64,000 nt of DNA, from positions 256,001 through 320,000 of the forward strand of contig CAWDSK010000002.1 of the NCBI GenBank assembly GCA_963804995.1, read 5' to 3'. Origin of the DNA: an uncultured Acidobacteriota bacterium (GTDB lineage Bacteria; Acidobacteriota; Terriglobia; UBA7540). Both the position numbers and the translations under genes were made by a program. Below, in pieces: positions 56,132 through 64,000 of this stretch. The notes beneath the pieces were generated by a model. It made no database searches and had not been told where the DNA came from. It was given only the letters and a program-made list of their open reading frames with translations. How positions within the stretch are numbered: position 1 is the stretch's first letter; each line of letters starts with the position of its first letter.

Positions 56132-56201
56132 AAGGGCGTAGAGGATTTGCTGCGGTCGGACTGTCTGGAGAGGAAATGTTTGCCGATTGACTGGGCAACA
56201 A

Positions 56202-56648
56202 CTAGCTGGATGCCTGCCCGGAATGCACCATGAGGAACCTATCGTCCATCTGTTGTTGCTCTCGCCGGTCTCGAATCAGGCGGTAGGCTGCAAACTGCCG
56301 GTCCCGAAGGTTTTCCAGAATTTTACGCCCCTGCTGGGCTTTGCGGAACGCCTCGAGCTGGCGAACTCGCAACTCCTCGAGTTTCAAGACGTGTTCTCTT
56401 ATTGCCACGATTCGCCGGGCGCGCGCCCGGTCACACGCCATCTCGAATTGAAGTTCGGCTACCCGTAGACCGAGACGCAGCTTTTGCCTTAACTCTCCCA
56501 CGGCCCTAACCCTTTCCTGCTTTGCTTCCTCGCCTTGCTGGCGCGCCTTCGCAACCTCGCGGGTGATGACTTGCAGCCGCAGACGCTCACGACGCTCGAA
56601 GCTTTCGCGATAGCGGAGCACGGCTTGTAAGGAGAAGTGAAATGCCAT
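56202..56648 (-). CDS. fliJ: Flagellar export chaperone FliJ
   Basis: MAFHFSLQAVLRYRE...KILENLRDR...EQQQMDD; follows fliI. Confidence 0.9.
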   Translation of the reverse strand: MAFHFSLQAVLRYRESFERRERLRLQVITREVAKARQQGEEAKQERVRAVGELRQKLRLGLRVAELQFEMACDRARARRIVAIREHVLKLEELRVRQLEAFRKAQQGRKILENLRDRQFAAYRLIRDRREQQQMDDRFLMVHSGQASS

Positions 56649-56655
56649 GGGTTAG

Positions 56656-57969
56656 TTAGCCAGGCAGCGACTGGAGGGCAGCCAGGGTTTGAGCGAGGGA
56701 AGCCTTCTCATCGCCCCTCTGTTGAAGAAAAGCGGTCAGAGCCGGAAGAACCTCGATGGCCTTATCGAGGGCGGCGTCCAGGCCTTTCTGGTACGCGCCC
56801 ACGCGGATCAAATCTTCGGACGCCGTGTAAGCTGCCAGTAGTTTCCGTAGACGCCGTGCCTTTTCGAGATGCTCAGGCGTGCAAACGGCGGGCATCAAAC
56901 GGCTCAGGCTATCCAGGATAGAGATAGACGGGTAATGGTTCTGGGCGCTCAGGCGGCGATCCAGTACGATGTGGCCATCCAGCAGTGCGCGGACGGCATC
57001 CACCAAAGGATCTTGTTGATCGTCACCTTCCATGAGCACGGTGTAGAAAGCCGTGATGCTTCCGGCGTTGAAGTGGCCGGCGCGTTCAATCAATTGCGCC
57101 AGCAAAGTGAAAACCGAGGGCGTGTAGCCTTTCGCCGTAGGGGGCTCACCGGCGGCCAGCCCGATTTCACGTTGGGCCATGGCGAAGCGCGTCAAAGAAT
57201 CGACCACCAGTAATACGGTCTTGCCCTGGGCGGCAAAATATTCAGAGACGGCTGTCGCCACCAGCGCCGCGCGGATACGGAGCAGGGGCGACTGGTCCGA
57301 GGTCGAGACCACGACAACCGAGCGCCTCAAGCCTTCTTCGCCCAGGGTTCCCTCCAGAAACTCCCGCACCTCGCGGCCGCGCTCGCCGACCAGTGCCATC
57401 ACGGTCACGTCGGCCGAGCTGCCGCGGGCCATCAACCCCAGCAGAGTGCTTTTTCCAACCCCGCTGCCCCCGAAGACGCCCACTCTCTGCCCACGCCCGC
57501 AGGTTAGGAAGGCGTCAATGGCGCGCACCCCGCAACCGAGCGGTTCGCGGATGGACAGCCGATCAAGCGGCAAGGGGCCGGGAGAGTGGAGGGGCCAGTA
57601 ATCCATGGCTCGGTAGTCCGGACGGGAATCCAGCGGCCTACCCACCCCGTCAATGACCCGACCCAGCAACTCTTCCCCCACCCGCAAGGTGGGCTTGGCG
57701 CCCCAAGTGACGATTCGATCCCCATAGCGGATGTCGCTCAGCCTGTCCAGAGGCATGGAGAGCACCGTGCTGCCGCGGAATCCCACCACTTCTCCGGCGC
57801 GGGCTTGACCCGTCGGGCCCAAGACCTCACAGCATTCCCCCAGAGAACAAAAGGGTCCTTCCGACTCCACGATGTGACCCACCGCTTTCGTGACTCGACC
57901 GAACCAGCGTGCCGTGGAGAGGCTCTCTAACCGACGGAAATAGGGGGCCAGAAGGGAGGGGCTATTCAT
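56656..57969 (-). CDS. fliI: Flagellar export ATPase FliI
   Basis: GQRVGVFGGSGVGKSTL, GERGREVREF, DSLTRFAMAQREIGL, GEPPTAKGYTPS, LDGHIVL. Confidence 0.97.
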   Translation of the reverse strand: MNSPSLLAPYFRRLESLSTARWFGRVTKAVGHIVESEGPFCSLGECCEVLGPTGQARAGEVVGFRGSTVLSMPLDRLSDIRYGDRIVTWGAKPTLRVGEELLGRVIDGVGRPLDSRPDYRAMDYWPLHSPGPLPLDRLSIREPLGCGVRAIDAFLTCGRGQRVGVFGGSGVGKSTLLGLMARGSSADVTVMALVGERGREVREFLEGTLGEEGLRRSVVVVSTSDQSPLLRIRAALVATAVSEYFAAQGKTVLLVVDSLTRFAMAQREIGLAAGEPPTAKGYTPSVFTLLAQLIERAGHFNAGSITAFYTVLMEGDDQQDPLVDAVRALLDGHIVLDRRLSAQNHYPSISILDSLSRLMPAVCTPEHLEKARRLRKLLAAYTASEDLIRVGAYQKGLDAALDKAIEVLPALTAFLQQRGDEKASLAQTLAALQSLPG

Positions 57970-58671
57970 GCGGCTTTTTGTGGCCTCTGCGCCAGCAAAT
58001 CAAAGAAGCCCTGCTCGATTTCTTTGAGTTGGGCATCCAGAGTCAAATCGGTCGAGCCCAGTTCAGTTTCCAGGCGGCATTGCCCGGGTCCCAACGTCGT
58101 ATCCCCCATCAGCTCCGGAACAGATTGGAGGTCGGGTTGTTGGGCAAAGAATTGCTGCCAGATCTGGATTTGGTCCGGATGAACTCGCAACCTGACATGG
58201 GTTCCCGCGGCTACTTTGTTCGAGCCCGACACGTACGACTCCCGCCAGCAGCAGAGGATCAACCTGCGCTTCCCGATGCAGGATCTTCCGGGCGATCGCG
58301 AGGGCTAAACCTACTACCTCTGCTTCCACCCGGCCGAAGTAAGTCTCGCGCTCGCGCATAAACTCGCGAATTGCCTGGGCCAACTTTTCACGCTCGGCTG
58401 ACAACCCCTTCTCGTATTCCGCCCGCGTCTTGGCCGCCGCTTCCTCCCACCCTTGCTTGCGGGCACAGGCTTCACGCGCTCGAATCTGCTCCTCGCTGGG
58501 AGCCTGCGAAACCGAGCCTCTTGCTTCTGAACCCCAAAGGCTTTCCAGAGTGGAAGAGTTGCCAGGCGATGAAGCAGGCTTCGCTGCGCCGGGAGCGAGG
58601 GGAGGCGGGTAAACATAATCTTGCGGTTGCGCCCCCGCTTCGTTGATGGCGGGGTTGGGATCAGACCACAT
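57966..58671 (-). CDS. fliH: Flagellar assembly protein FliH (one +1 frameshift near 58219)
   Basis: EVVGLALAIARKILHREAQVDP in one frame; VRLRVHP...GQCRLETELGSTD...QLKEIE in the next. Confidence 0.88.
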
Positions 58672-59707
58672 ACGCGTCATCTCCAAAACTCTTCAGTGTC
58701 AGTTTCCCATCCGCCTCGAGCTTGCGCGCGTGATGCACAACTTCTTGCTGTGCTTGGGCCACCTGGCGGGAGCGGACGGGCCCGAGCGCCTCCATATCTT
58801 CCTTCATCATCTGGACAGCGCGTGAAGACATGGTCTTGTATATGTGGTTCTTCATCTCTTCCGAAGCACCCTTCAAGGCCAGACACAATGTCTTTTTGTC
58901 AAGGTTACTAAGCAACTCCCTGATGCTCCCTTCCGGTACCGTGAGGAGGTCTTCAAAGGTAAACATCAGGTTGCGAATCTTGAGGCCCAGGTTGGGGTCG
59001 TCCTGCTCGATAGCCTCCAGAATGGTCTTGGCGACGGACGGCTCAATCCGGTTAAGCAGATCTGAAACCGCCTTGACGCCGCCATAGGCGCGGCGGTTTT
59101 GCTCGCCCAGCGCCTTGAGCTTCTTGTTGAGCACCACGGAGATCTTTTGGACCATTTCGGGAGAGAACTGGTGCATTTCCGCGAGTCGCCGAATAACTTC
59201 GGCCTGCGTTTTGTCCGGCAAAAGCAGGAGGACCGCGGACGCCGACCGCATGCCCATGTGGGCCAGAACCAGCGCGATCGTCTGGGGATGCTCGCCTTCC
59301 ACAAACATCACCAACTGTTGGGGGTCGGCTTTTTGCAGCGAATCTAAAGTGGCGTTCCGGGCCTCCTGATAATGCATCACCTCTTCGAGCAAGTGCTGGG
59401 CGCCTTCATCTCCAAAGGCTTTCACCAGCAGTTGCTTGGCATAATCGGACCCGCCCTGGGTGAGGTACTCTTGCGTGATGCTCAGGCGGTGGTATTCCTG
59501 AAGAACCTGGCCGGCGATTTGGGGAGAAATGTATTCGAGGCCGGAGATTTCTTCCGTAAGCATCTGAACTTCTTCTTGGGGGAGGTTCCGATACACCAGG
59601 CTGGCCGCCTCGTCTCCCAGCAGCACTAGAAGAATGGCCGCCTTGCGAACTCCGGTCAGATTCGACTGCTCCGCTGTGGCCTTGGCGAATTGCGTAGCCT
59701 CGCTCAT
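58661..59707 (-). CDS. fliG: Flagellar motor switch protein FliG
   Basis: GVRKAAILL, GGSDYA, EHPQTIALVL, MFTFEDL, MSSRA, LGPVR. Confidence 0.97.
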   Translation of the reverse strand: MSEATQFAKATAEQSNLTGVRKAAILLVLLGDEAASLVYRNLPQEEVQMLTEEISGLEYISPQIAGQVLQEYHRLSITQEYLTQGGSDYAKQLLVKAFGDEGAQHLLEEVMHYQEARNATLDSLQKADPQQLVMFVEGEHPQTIALVLAHMGMRSASAVLLLLPDKTQAEVIRRLAEMHQFSPEMVQKISVVLNKKLKALGEQNRRAYGGVKAVSDLLNRIEPSVAKTILEAIEQDDPNLGLKIRNLMFTFEDLLTVPEGSIRELLSNLDKKTLCLALKGASEEMKNHIYKTMSSRAVQMMKEDMEALGPVRSRQVAQAQQEVVHHARKLEADGKLTLKSFGDDAYVV

Positions 59708-61374
59708 ATCTTCGTCTCCTGCCGCATCCAGTTTTGGATCAGGCGACTGGCGGTTGCAGGTTCCTTCTTAACCTTCTCCAGCAGATTCTTCTTCAGCGCG
59801 ACAGCTTGTTTAACCTCGCTCGGTGACCCTTCCAGTTGAAGTGGAGCAGAACCGTCCAGTCCTGCCGCATCTTCTCCTCCTGCTACACCTTCGGCGCCAC
59901 CCTCTCTAAGCGCAACCTTGCCACTCTTGGACGTTCCGATTTGCTTGGGAAGCTCCCGCAAAGTGGTCACAATCTGTCGCTTGATAGGCCGCAAGATCAG
60001 AGCGTAGACCAGCAGAAACAGGGCGGCGAGCGCTCCGTAGCGAACCACATTAATCCACTTGTCCACCATGGGAACCACCCGCTCAGTCAAAGTGGGCGGC
60101 GGTGGAGATTCCAAAGGAAGCGTCTGGAAAGAAAGGTTTTCGACTGCCAGCTTGTCCCCCCGCGTGGCGTCAAGACCAATTGCCGCGGTGACCAGTTCCT
60201 GGATCTGCTTCATCTCTTCCGGCGTCCGCTTGCGGCGCGTTTCCACCTTCTGCCCGTTGTCTTCCTTGGTTTCCACCGCGTCGTCGACAAGCACGGCGGC
60301 GGCAAGGCGCTTCAGGCTTCCTGCGGGTTGCACCACGTGGCGGACGGTTTTGCTGACTGCGAACGTTTTGCTTTCCGTGCGCATGCCTTGCGTCTGCGCA
60401 GCTAGGGTAGCGGGGGGCTTGGTACCTGTCGCCGCCTGTTTTCCCGGAACGTTGGAGGGGGTTCCCGGAACTCCCCCCGCGTCGGTCTCGCCCTCACGTT
60501 CATCGGAGATCTGGGAGGTGAGGACCACGGTAGCGTTCGGGTCATAGGTTTCCTGCGTGCTGTCGCTGGTGGTGAGGTCATATTCCACCGTGACATTGGC
60601 GCGGGCCTTGCCCGGCCCCACCACCGGCTCCAAGGTAGCGATGACCTTGTGGGAAAGAGCCGTCTCGAAATCTGCCCACTGCCGGGAACGGTTTGCCGAA
60701 CCCCCGCTGCGCGCCAGGATCGGCGTGCCGCCATCGGCATTAATCAAAGTGACGTTTTCAGGCTTCAGGTTATCGACGGCACTGGCCACGAGGTGCGTGA
60801 TAGCTTCCTGGGCGTCGTCCCCCAGTCGCCCGCCTCGGAGCCTGATCACCACCGAGGCCTTGGCCTCGCGTTCCTGTTCAGTGAAGAGCGATTCGTGGGG
60901 CAGAACCAGGTGCACGCGCGCTGCCTCAATCTCACCGATGGTTTGGATGGTTCGCTCCAGCTCGCCTTCGAGCGCCCGCTGATAATTGACCTTCTCGGCA
61001 AAATCGCTGCCGGACCAGTTAGGCTTGTCGAAGAGTTCGAAGCCAAGCCTTCCCGTTTGCGGCATTCCCTCGGCTGCCATGTCGAGTCGCGCCTTATCAA
61101 GCTGATTGGCAGGGACGCGGATACTGCTCCCGTCGCTCGCCAACTCGTACGGGACGTTCTTGTCAGCCAACCGCCGCGCCAGGGATTGCGCATCGCTCGG
61201 TGACAAGCCCGAATAGAGCGTCTTGTAATCGGCTTTCCCCAGAAGAGTGACAAACGCCCAGAGCGTTCCCGCCACGACCGCCGCTCCCACCACCAAGCCG
61301 GCTTTTTGGCGGAGGGTCAGACCCCGAAAGAAAGTGCTGACTTGATTCGTGATTTGGTCCGCAGTCGCAGCCAT
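59704..61374 (-). CDS. fliF: Flagellar MS-ring protein FliF
   Basis: GFELFD, NYQRALEGELERTI, ARVHLVLP, AKASV, LVASAV, RGDKLAV. Confidence 0.97.
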   Translation of the reverse strand: MAATADQITNQVSTFFRGLTLRQKAGLVVGAAVVAGTLWAFVTLLGKADYKTLYSGLSPSDAQSLARRLADKNVPYELASDGSSIRVPANQLDKARLDMAAEGMPQTGRLGFELFDKPNWSGSDFAEKVNYQRALEGELERTIQTIGEIEAARVHLVLPHESLFTEQEREAKASVVIRLRGGRLGDDAQEAITHLVASAVDNLKPENVTLINADGGTPILARSGGSANRSRQWADFETALSHKVIATLEPVVGPGKARANVTVEYDLTTSDSTQETYDPNATVVLTSQISDEREGETDAGGVPGTPSNVPGKQAATGTKPPATLAAQTQGMRTESKTFAVSKTVRHVVQPAGSLKRLAAAVLVDDAVETKEDNGQKVETRRKRTPEEMKQIQELVTAAIGLDATRGDKLAVENLSFQTLPLESPPPPTLTERVVPMVDKWINVVRYGALAALFLLVYALILRPIKRQIVTTLRELPKQIGTSKSGKVALREGGAEGVAGGEDAAGLDGSAPLQLEGSPSEVKQAVALKKNLLEKVKKEPATASRLIQNWMRQETKI

Positions 61375-61385
61375 ACTCTACTTAC

Positions 61386-61685
61386 TCAAAAAGCCATCTG
61401 GGAGACTTGCTGGTAAGCCTGCACGATCTTGTTGCGTACCTGCATCATCAACTGAAAGGAGAGATCCGCTTTCTCGACAGCAATCATGGCCGCATGCAGA
61501 TCCTGCCCGCTGCCCTGCAGAACGTCAGCCACCTGCTGCTCGGCCCCCGACTGCAACTCTCCGGCTTTGTCGATGGCGCTTTCCAGGGTGTGAAAGAAAT
61601 CCGTCCCGCCGCTGGAGGGCTTGCTGACCTCCAGTTGGACATTTCCCCAGTCGATTTTCGGCAAACTTGCGATCGGGTTCCCCAC
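61386..61685 (-). CDS. fliE: Flagellar hook-basal body protein FliE
   Basis: DLHAAMIAVEKADLSFQLMMQVRNKIVQAYQQVSQM. Confidence 0.95.
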   Translation of the reverse strand: MGNPIASLPKIDWGNVQLEVSKPSSGGTDFFHTLESAIDKAGELQSGAEQQVADVLQGSGQDLHAAMIAVEKADLSFQLMMQVRNKIVQAYQQVSQMAF

Positions 61686-61822
61686 AGCCTTATACCTCCC
61701 GGCGCGCCTTCCGCAGCTAGTGCCAGTCCAACTTATTGAAGCTACGTATTCCGCTCTTCTGTTTCACGGTATCGACTTGCCATCGGGCTTATACGAATTC
61801 GTCACAAAAAGTTGGACCGGTA

Positions 61823-62263
61823 CTAGGTCAAGATCTGAATCGATTCCGAGATCATGGATTTGGTGGCTTGGGTTGCCGCCACATTAAGCTGGTAAGCCTG
61901 GGCAGCCCCCATCAGGTTCACCATCTCCTCCACCGGGTTAATGTCCGGAAAAGAGACATAGCCCTGGGCGTCGGCGTCCGGATGACCAGGTTCATAGCGC
62001 CGTATGGGGGGCGCCTTGTCTTGCACCACCTCCGCTACTTTCACACCCCGCACTTGCAGATCACCGAGCCGCGTCAGAGTGTGAGCAAAGTTCGCGGGGT
62101 TCGGCCGGCCGGTCCCAAAGACCACAAGCTGTCTTTTGTAGGGACCCCCCTTGGGCGTACGGGTGGTTTCCGCATTTGCCATGTTGCTGGCCACAACCTC
62201 CGCCCGGGCGCGTTCGGCGGTCAGAGCAGAGGCATTAATGTCAAGAACTCCAAAAAGGTTCAT
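61823..62263 (-). CDS. flgC: Flagellar rod protein FlgC
   Basis: ASNMANAETTRT..GGPYKR, YEPGHPDAD..GYV..P.IN...EM. Confidence 0.96.
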   Translation of the reverse strand: MNLFGVLDINASALTAERARAEVVASNMANAETTRTPKGGPYKRQLVVFGTGRPNPANFAHTLTRLGDLQVRGVKVAEVVQDKAPPIRRYEPGHPDADAQGYVSFPDINPVEEMVNLMGAAQAYQLNVAATQATKSMISESIQILT

Positions 62264-62267
62264 GGTC

Positions 62268-62624
62268 TTATTTCCCTTCGTTGATCGCGGACGCCAGGGT
62301 GTGGATTTCCGTTCGCAGCAGTTCCACGCCGGCGCGGTACTGGAGTTGGGTTCGTGCCAGAGCCAAGCCCTCGCGGTCCAAACTGACGTTGTTGCCGTCC
62401 GGGCGCTCGATCAATCCCTGGACTTCCTCGACGCGCGGCGAGCCCGGGTCACCCTGTAAACCGAACTCGGCCCGGCGCATTTCGCTCTCAAAGTCCAAGT
62501 CCCGGGTGCGATAGCCGGGGGTATCGACGTTGGCCAGATTGCTGGAAACTAGTCCCTGGCGGAACGCCACGAGGTCCAGGTAACGTTCCAGGCGGCGCAT
62601 CATGGGGGTTTCGATCCAGTTCAT
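62268..62624 (-). CDS. flgB: Flagellar rod protein FlgB
   Basis: RQGLVSSNLANVDTPGYRTRDLDF, DGNNVSLDRE. Confidence 0.95.
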   Translation of the reverse strand: MNWIETPMMRRLERYLDLVAFRQGLVSSNLANVDTPGYRTRDLDFESEMRRAEFGLQGDPGSPRVEEVQGLIERPDGNNVSLDREGLALARTQLQYRAGVELLRTEIHTLASAINEGK

Positions 62625-63951
62625 GCGGCCCTCCTGGGAGGTAAACCAAATTCGCGAATCTTGTTGCGTACCGTACGCAGGCTAACACCCAGCATGCCTG
62701 CGGCGCGGGTGCGGTTTCCGCCTGTTGCCTCCAGCGTCTTCTTCGAGGAGCGTGCGTTCGAGTTCGCGCAGCGTTACCCCAGGTGAGATTGCCCCCAGGG
62801 GCGGCGCATCCTCTTGAAGATCGGCTTCCGGCAGCAGCTCCACTCCGGCTACGGGTCCGGGAGAAAGCACCAAAGCACGACGAATGAAGTTTTCAAGCTC
62901 GCGCACGTTGCCGGGCCAGTCGTAGACTTGCAGCCGCTCGAGGAGTTCCGGCGAGAGCCCCACCACGTTGGAGCGTGAGGCTGGCGCGTATTTGCGGAGG
63001 AAGTGCTCGACCAAATCGGGAATATCTTCGCGCCGCTCCCGCAAGGGCGGAAGCGAGAGCGGAATCACATTGAGTCGAAAGAAGAGGTCAGCGCGGAATT
63101 TCCCTTCCGCCACCAGCCCCCCCAGAGGCCGGTTGGTAGTGGCAATGACCCGTACGTCCACGGGCAGAGGCCGCGTGTCACCCAGCCGGTCGACTTCCCG
63201 TTCCTGGAGGACGCGCAGCAGTTTAGGTTGCAGGCCCAGCGGCATCTCGGCAATTTCATCCAGCAGCAGCGTGCCCTTATGGGCCAATTCAAATTTGCCG
63301 GCCTTGGAACCCATCGCCCCTGTGAAAGCTCCGCGCACGTGGCCGAAGAGCTCGCTCTCGAGGTAACGTGTCGGGGAATCCCGCGACGTTTACGGCCACA
63401 AAAGGCCGCTGGCTGCGGGGGCTGGAGCGATGGATCAGTCGCGCCAGAACTTCCTTGCCCGTCCCGCTCTCGGCCTCCACCAGGATGTCAGCGTCCGTGC
63501 GTGCCACCTGCCGGGCGCGCTCAATCAGGCGCTGCGTCATGGGGGAATTCCCAACGAATTCCACACTGTTCTGACCCGGCTCCTTGCCCCCGCGCGCCCC
63601 TAGTACGCGCAAGGCAGCCTCTTTCAATTGCTCGAAGGAGACGGGCTTTACCAGATAGTCGCAAGCGCCGGCGCGCATGGCATTGACAGCCTCCGGCACG
63701 TTGGCAAAAGCCGTCAGAAAAATCACGGCTGTCTCCGGCGCCAGGGCCCGCACGCCCTGCATGACGCGCAGACCGTCTCCATCCGGCATGCGCATATCGG
63801 TGACGACCAGTGGGCAGGGCGCGGAGCGGAAGCGCGCGAGCGCTTCCGAAGTTCCCGAGGCGGTAGTCACTCTCCACCCCTGGCGGCGGAAATTCGCTTC
63901 CAGCGCCGCCCGCATGCCGGCTTCATCGTCCACTACTAGAACCTGATTCAT
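62621..63951 (-). CDS. Sigma-54-dependent response regulator (FleR/FlrC-like) with two +1 frameshifts (~63362 and ~62742)
   Basis: Receiver domain (VVDDE, TDMRMP), [28 protein letters not shown]. Corrected C-terminus [22 protein letters not shown] (Fis HTH) ends in ATGA overlap with flgB. Confidence 0.9.
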
Positions 63952-64000
63952 TCCTCGACTCCTTGGACCGGAAGCACCAGCGTAAAGGTCGTTCCCTGCC
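63948..64000 (-). CDS. Sensor histidine kinase, C-terminal end (truncated by window)
   Basis: ...[16 protein letters not shown] HATPase terminus; stop overlaps the regulator ATG. Confidence 0.75.
   Translation of the reverse strand, partial: QGTTFTLVLPVQGVEE

Noticed and set aside
56060..56200. c-di-GMP-I riboswitch upstream of fliK (GGCAAAC on the minus strand)
   Set aside because: No GNRA-capped P2 stem or matching P3/receptor could be built.
53720..63951. Calling fliK, fliH and the regulator true pseudogenes
   Set aside because: Single-base insertions at a shared motif with no other obvious decay favour sequencing error; unresolved without reads.
1..64000. tRNA, rRNA, reverse transcriptase/DGR or prophage genes
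   Set aside because: No cloverleaf, rRNA-like tract, RT motif or phage structural gene was recognised.

Overview
High-GC bacterial chromosome segment. Gene content suggests Acidobacteriota (Terriglobia-like); this is an inference. In order, the window holds: a heterodimeric ABC exporter, lpxB and an M1 peptidase-TPR gene; a 6.8-11.9 kb accessory block (orphan ParD-type antitoxin, AbiEi/AbiEii toxin-antitoxin pair, two secreted proteins) whose cargo units are separated by REP-like hairpins; a few housekeeping genes; an ISKra4-family IS; a ~16 kb respiratory cluster (Rieske, split cytochrome b, 8-heme cytochrome c, cupredoxin-like lipoprotein, aa3-type oxidase subunits II/I/III/III/IV, CtaA, CtaB, DUF420); pgl and hemH; and a large flagellar cluster. 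The flagellar cluster is interrupted by a 4.6 kb opposite-strand insert carrying a REP-associated tyrosine transposase (RAYT) flanked by six REPs. Most notable observations: (1) REP/REPIN-delimited, cassette-like cargo genes whose repeats share a stem core with the RAYT REPs; (2) many intergenic inverted hairpins built from different 7-bp tandem units, one of which appears to be translated as a signal peptide; (3) a ~800-aa FlgE with three tandem inserted domains; (4) four +1 frameshifts in flagellar genes, all at TCGAG, most simply explained as methylation-linked sequencing errors. No rRNA, tRNA or CRISPR array was seen. All calls are by eye from motifs; no database searches were run.
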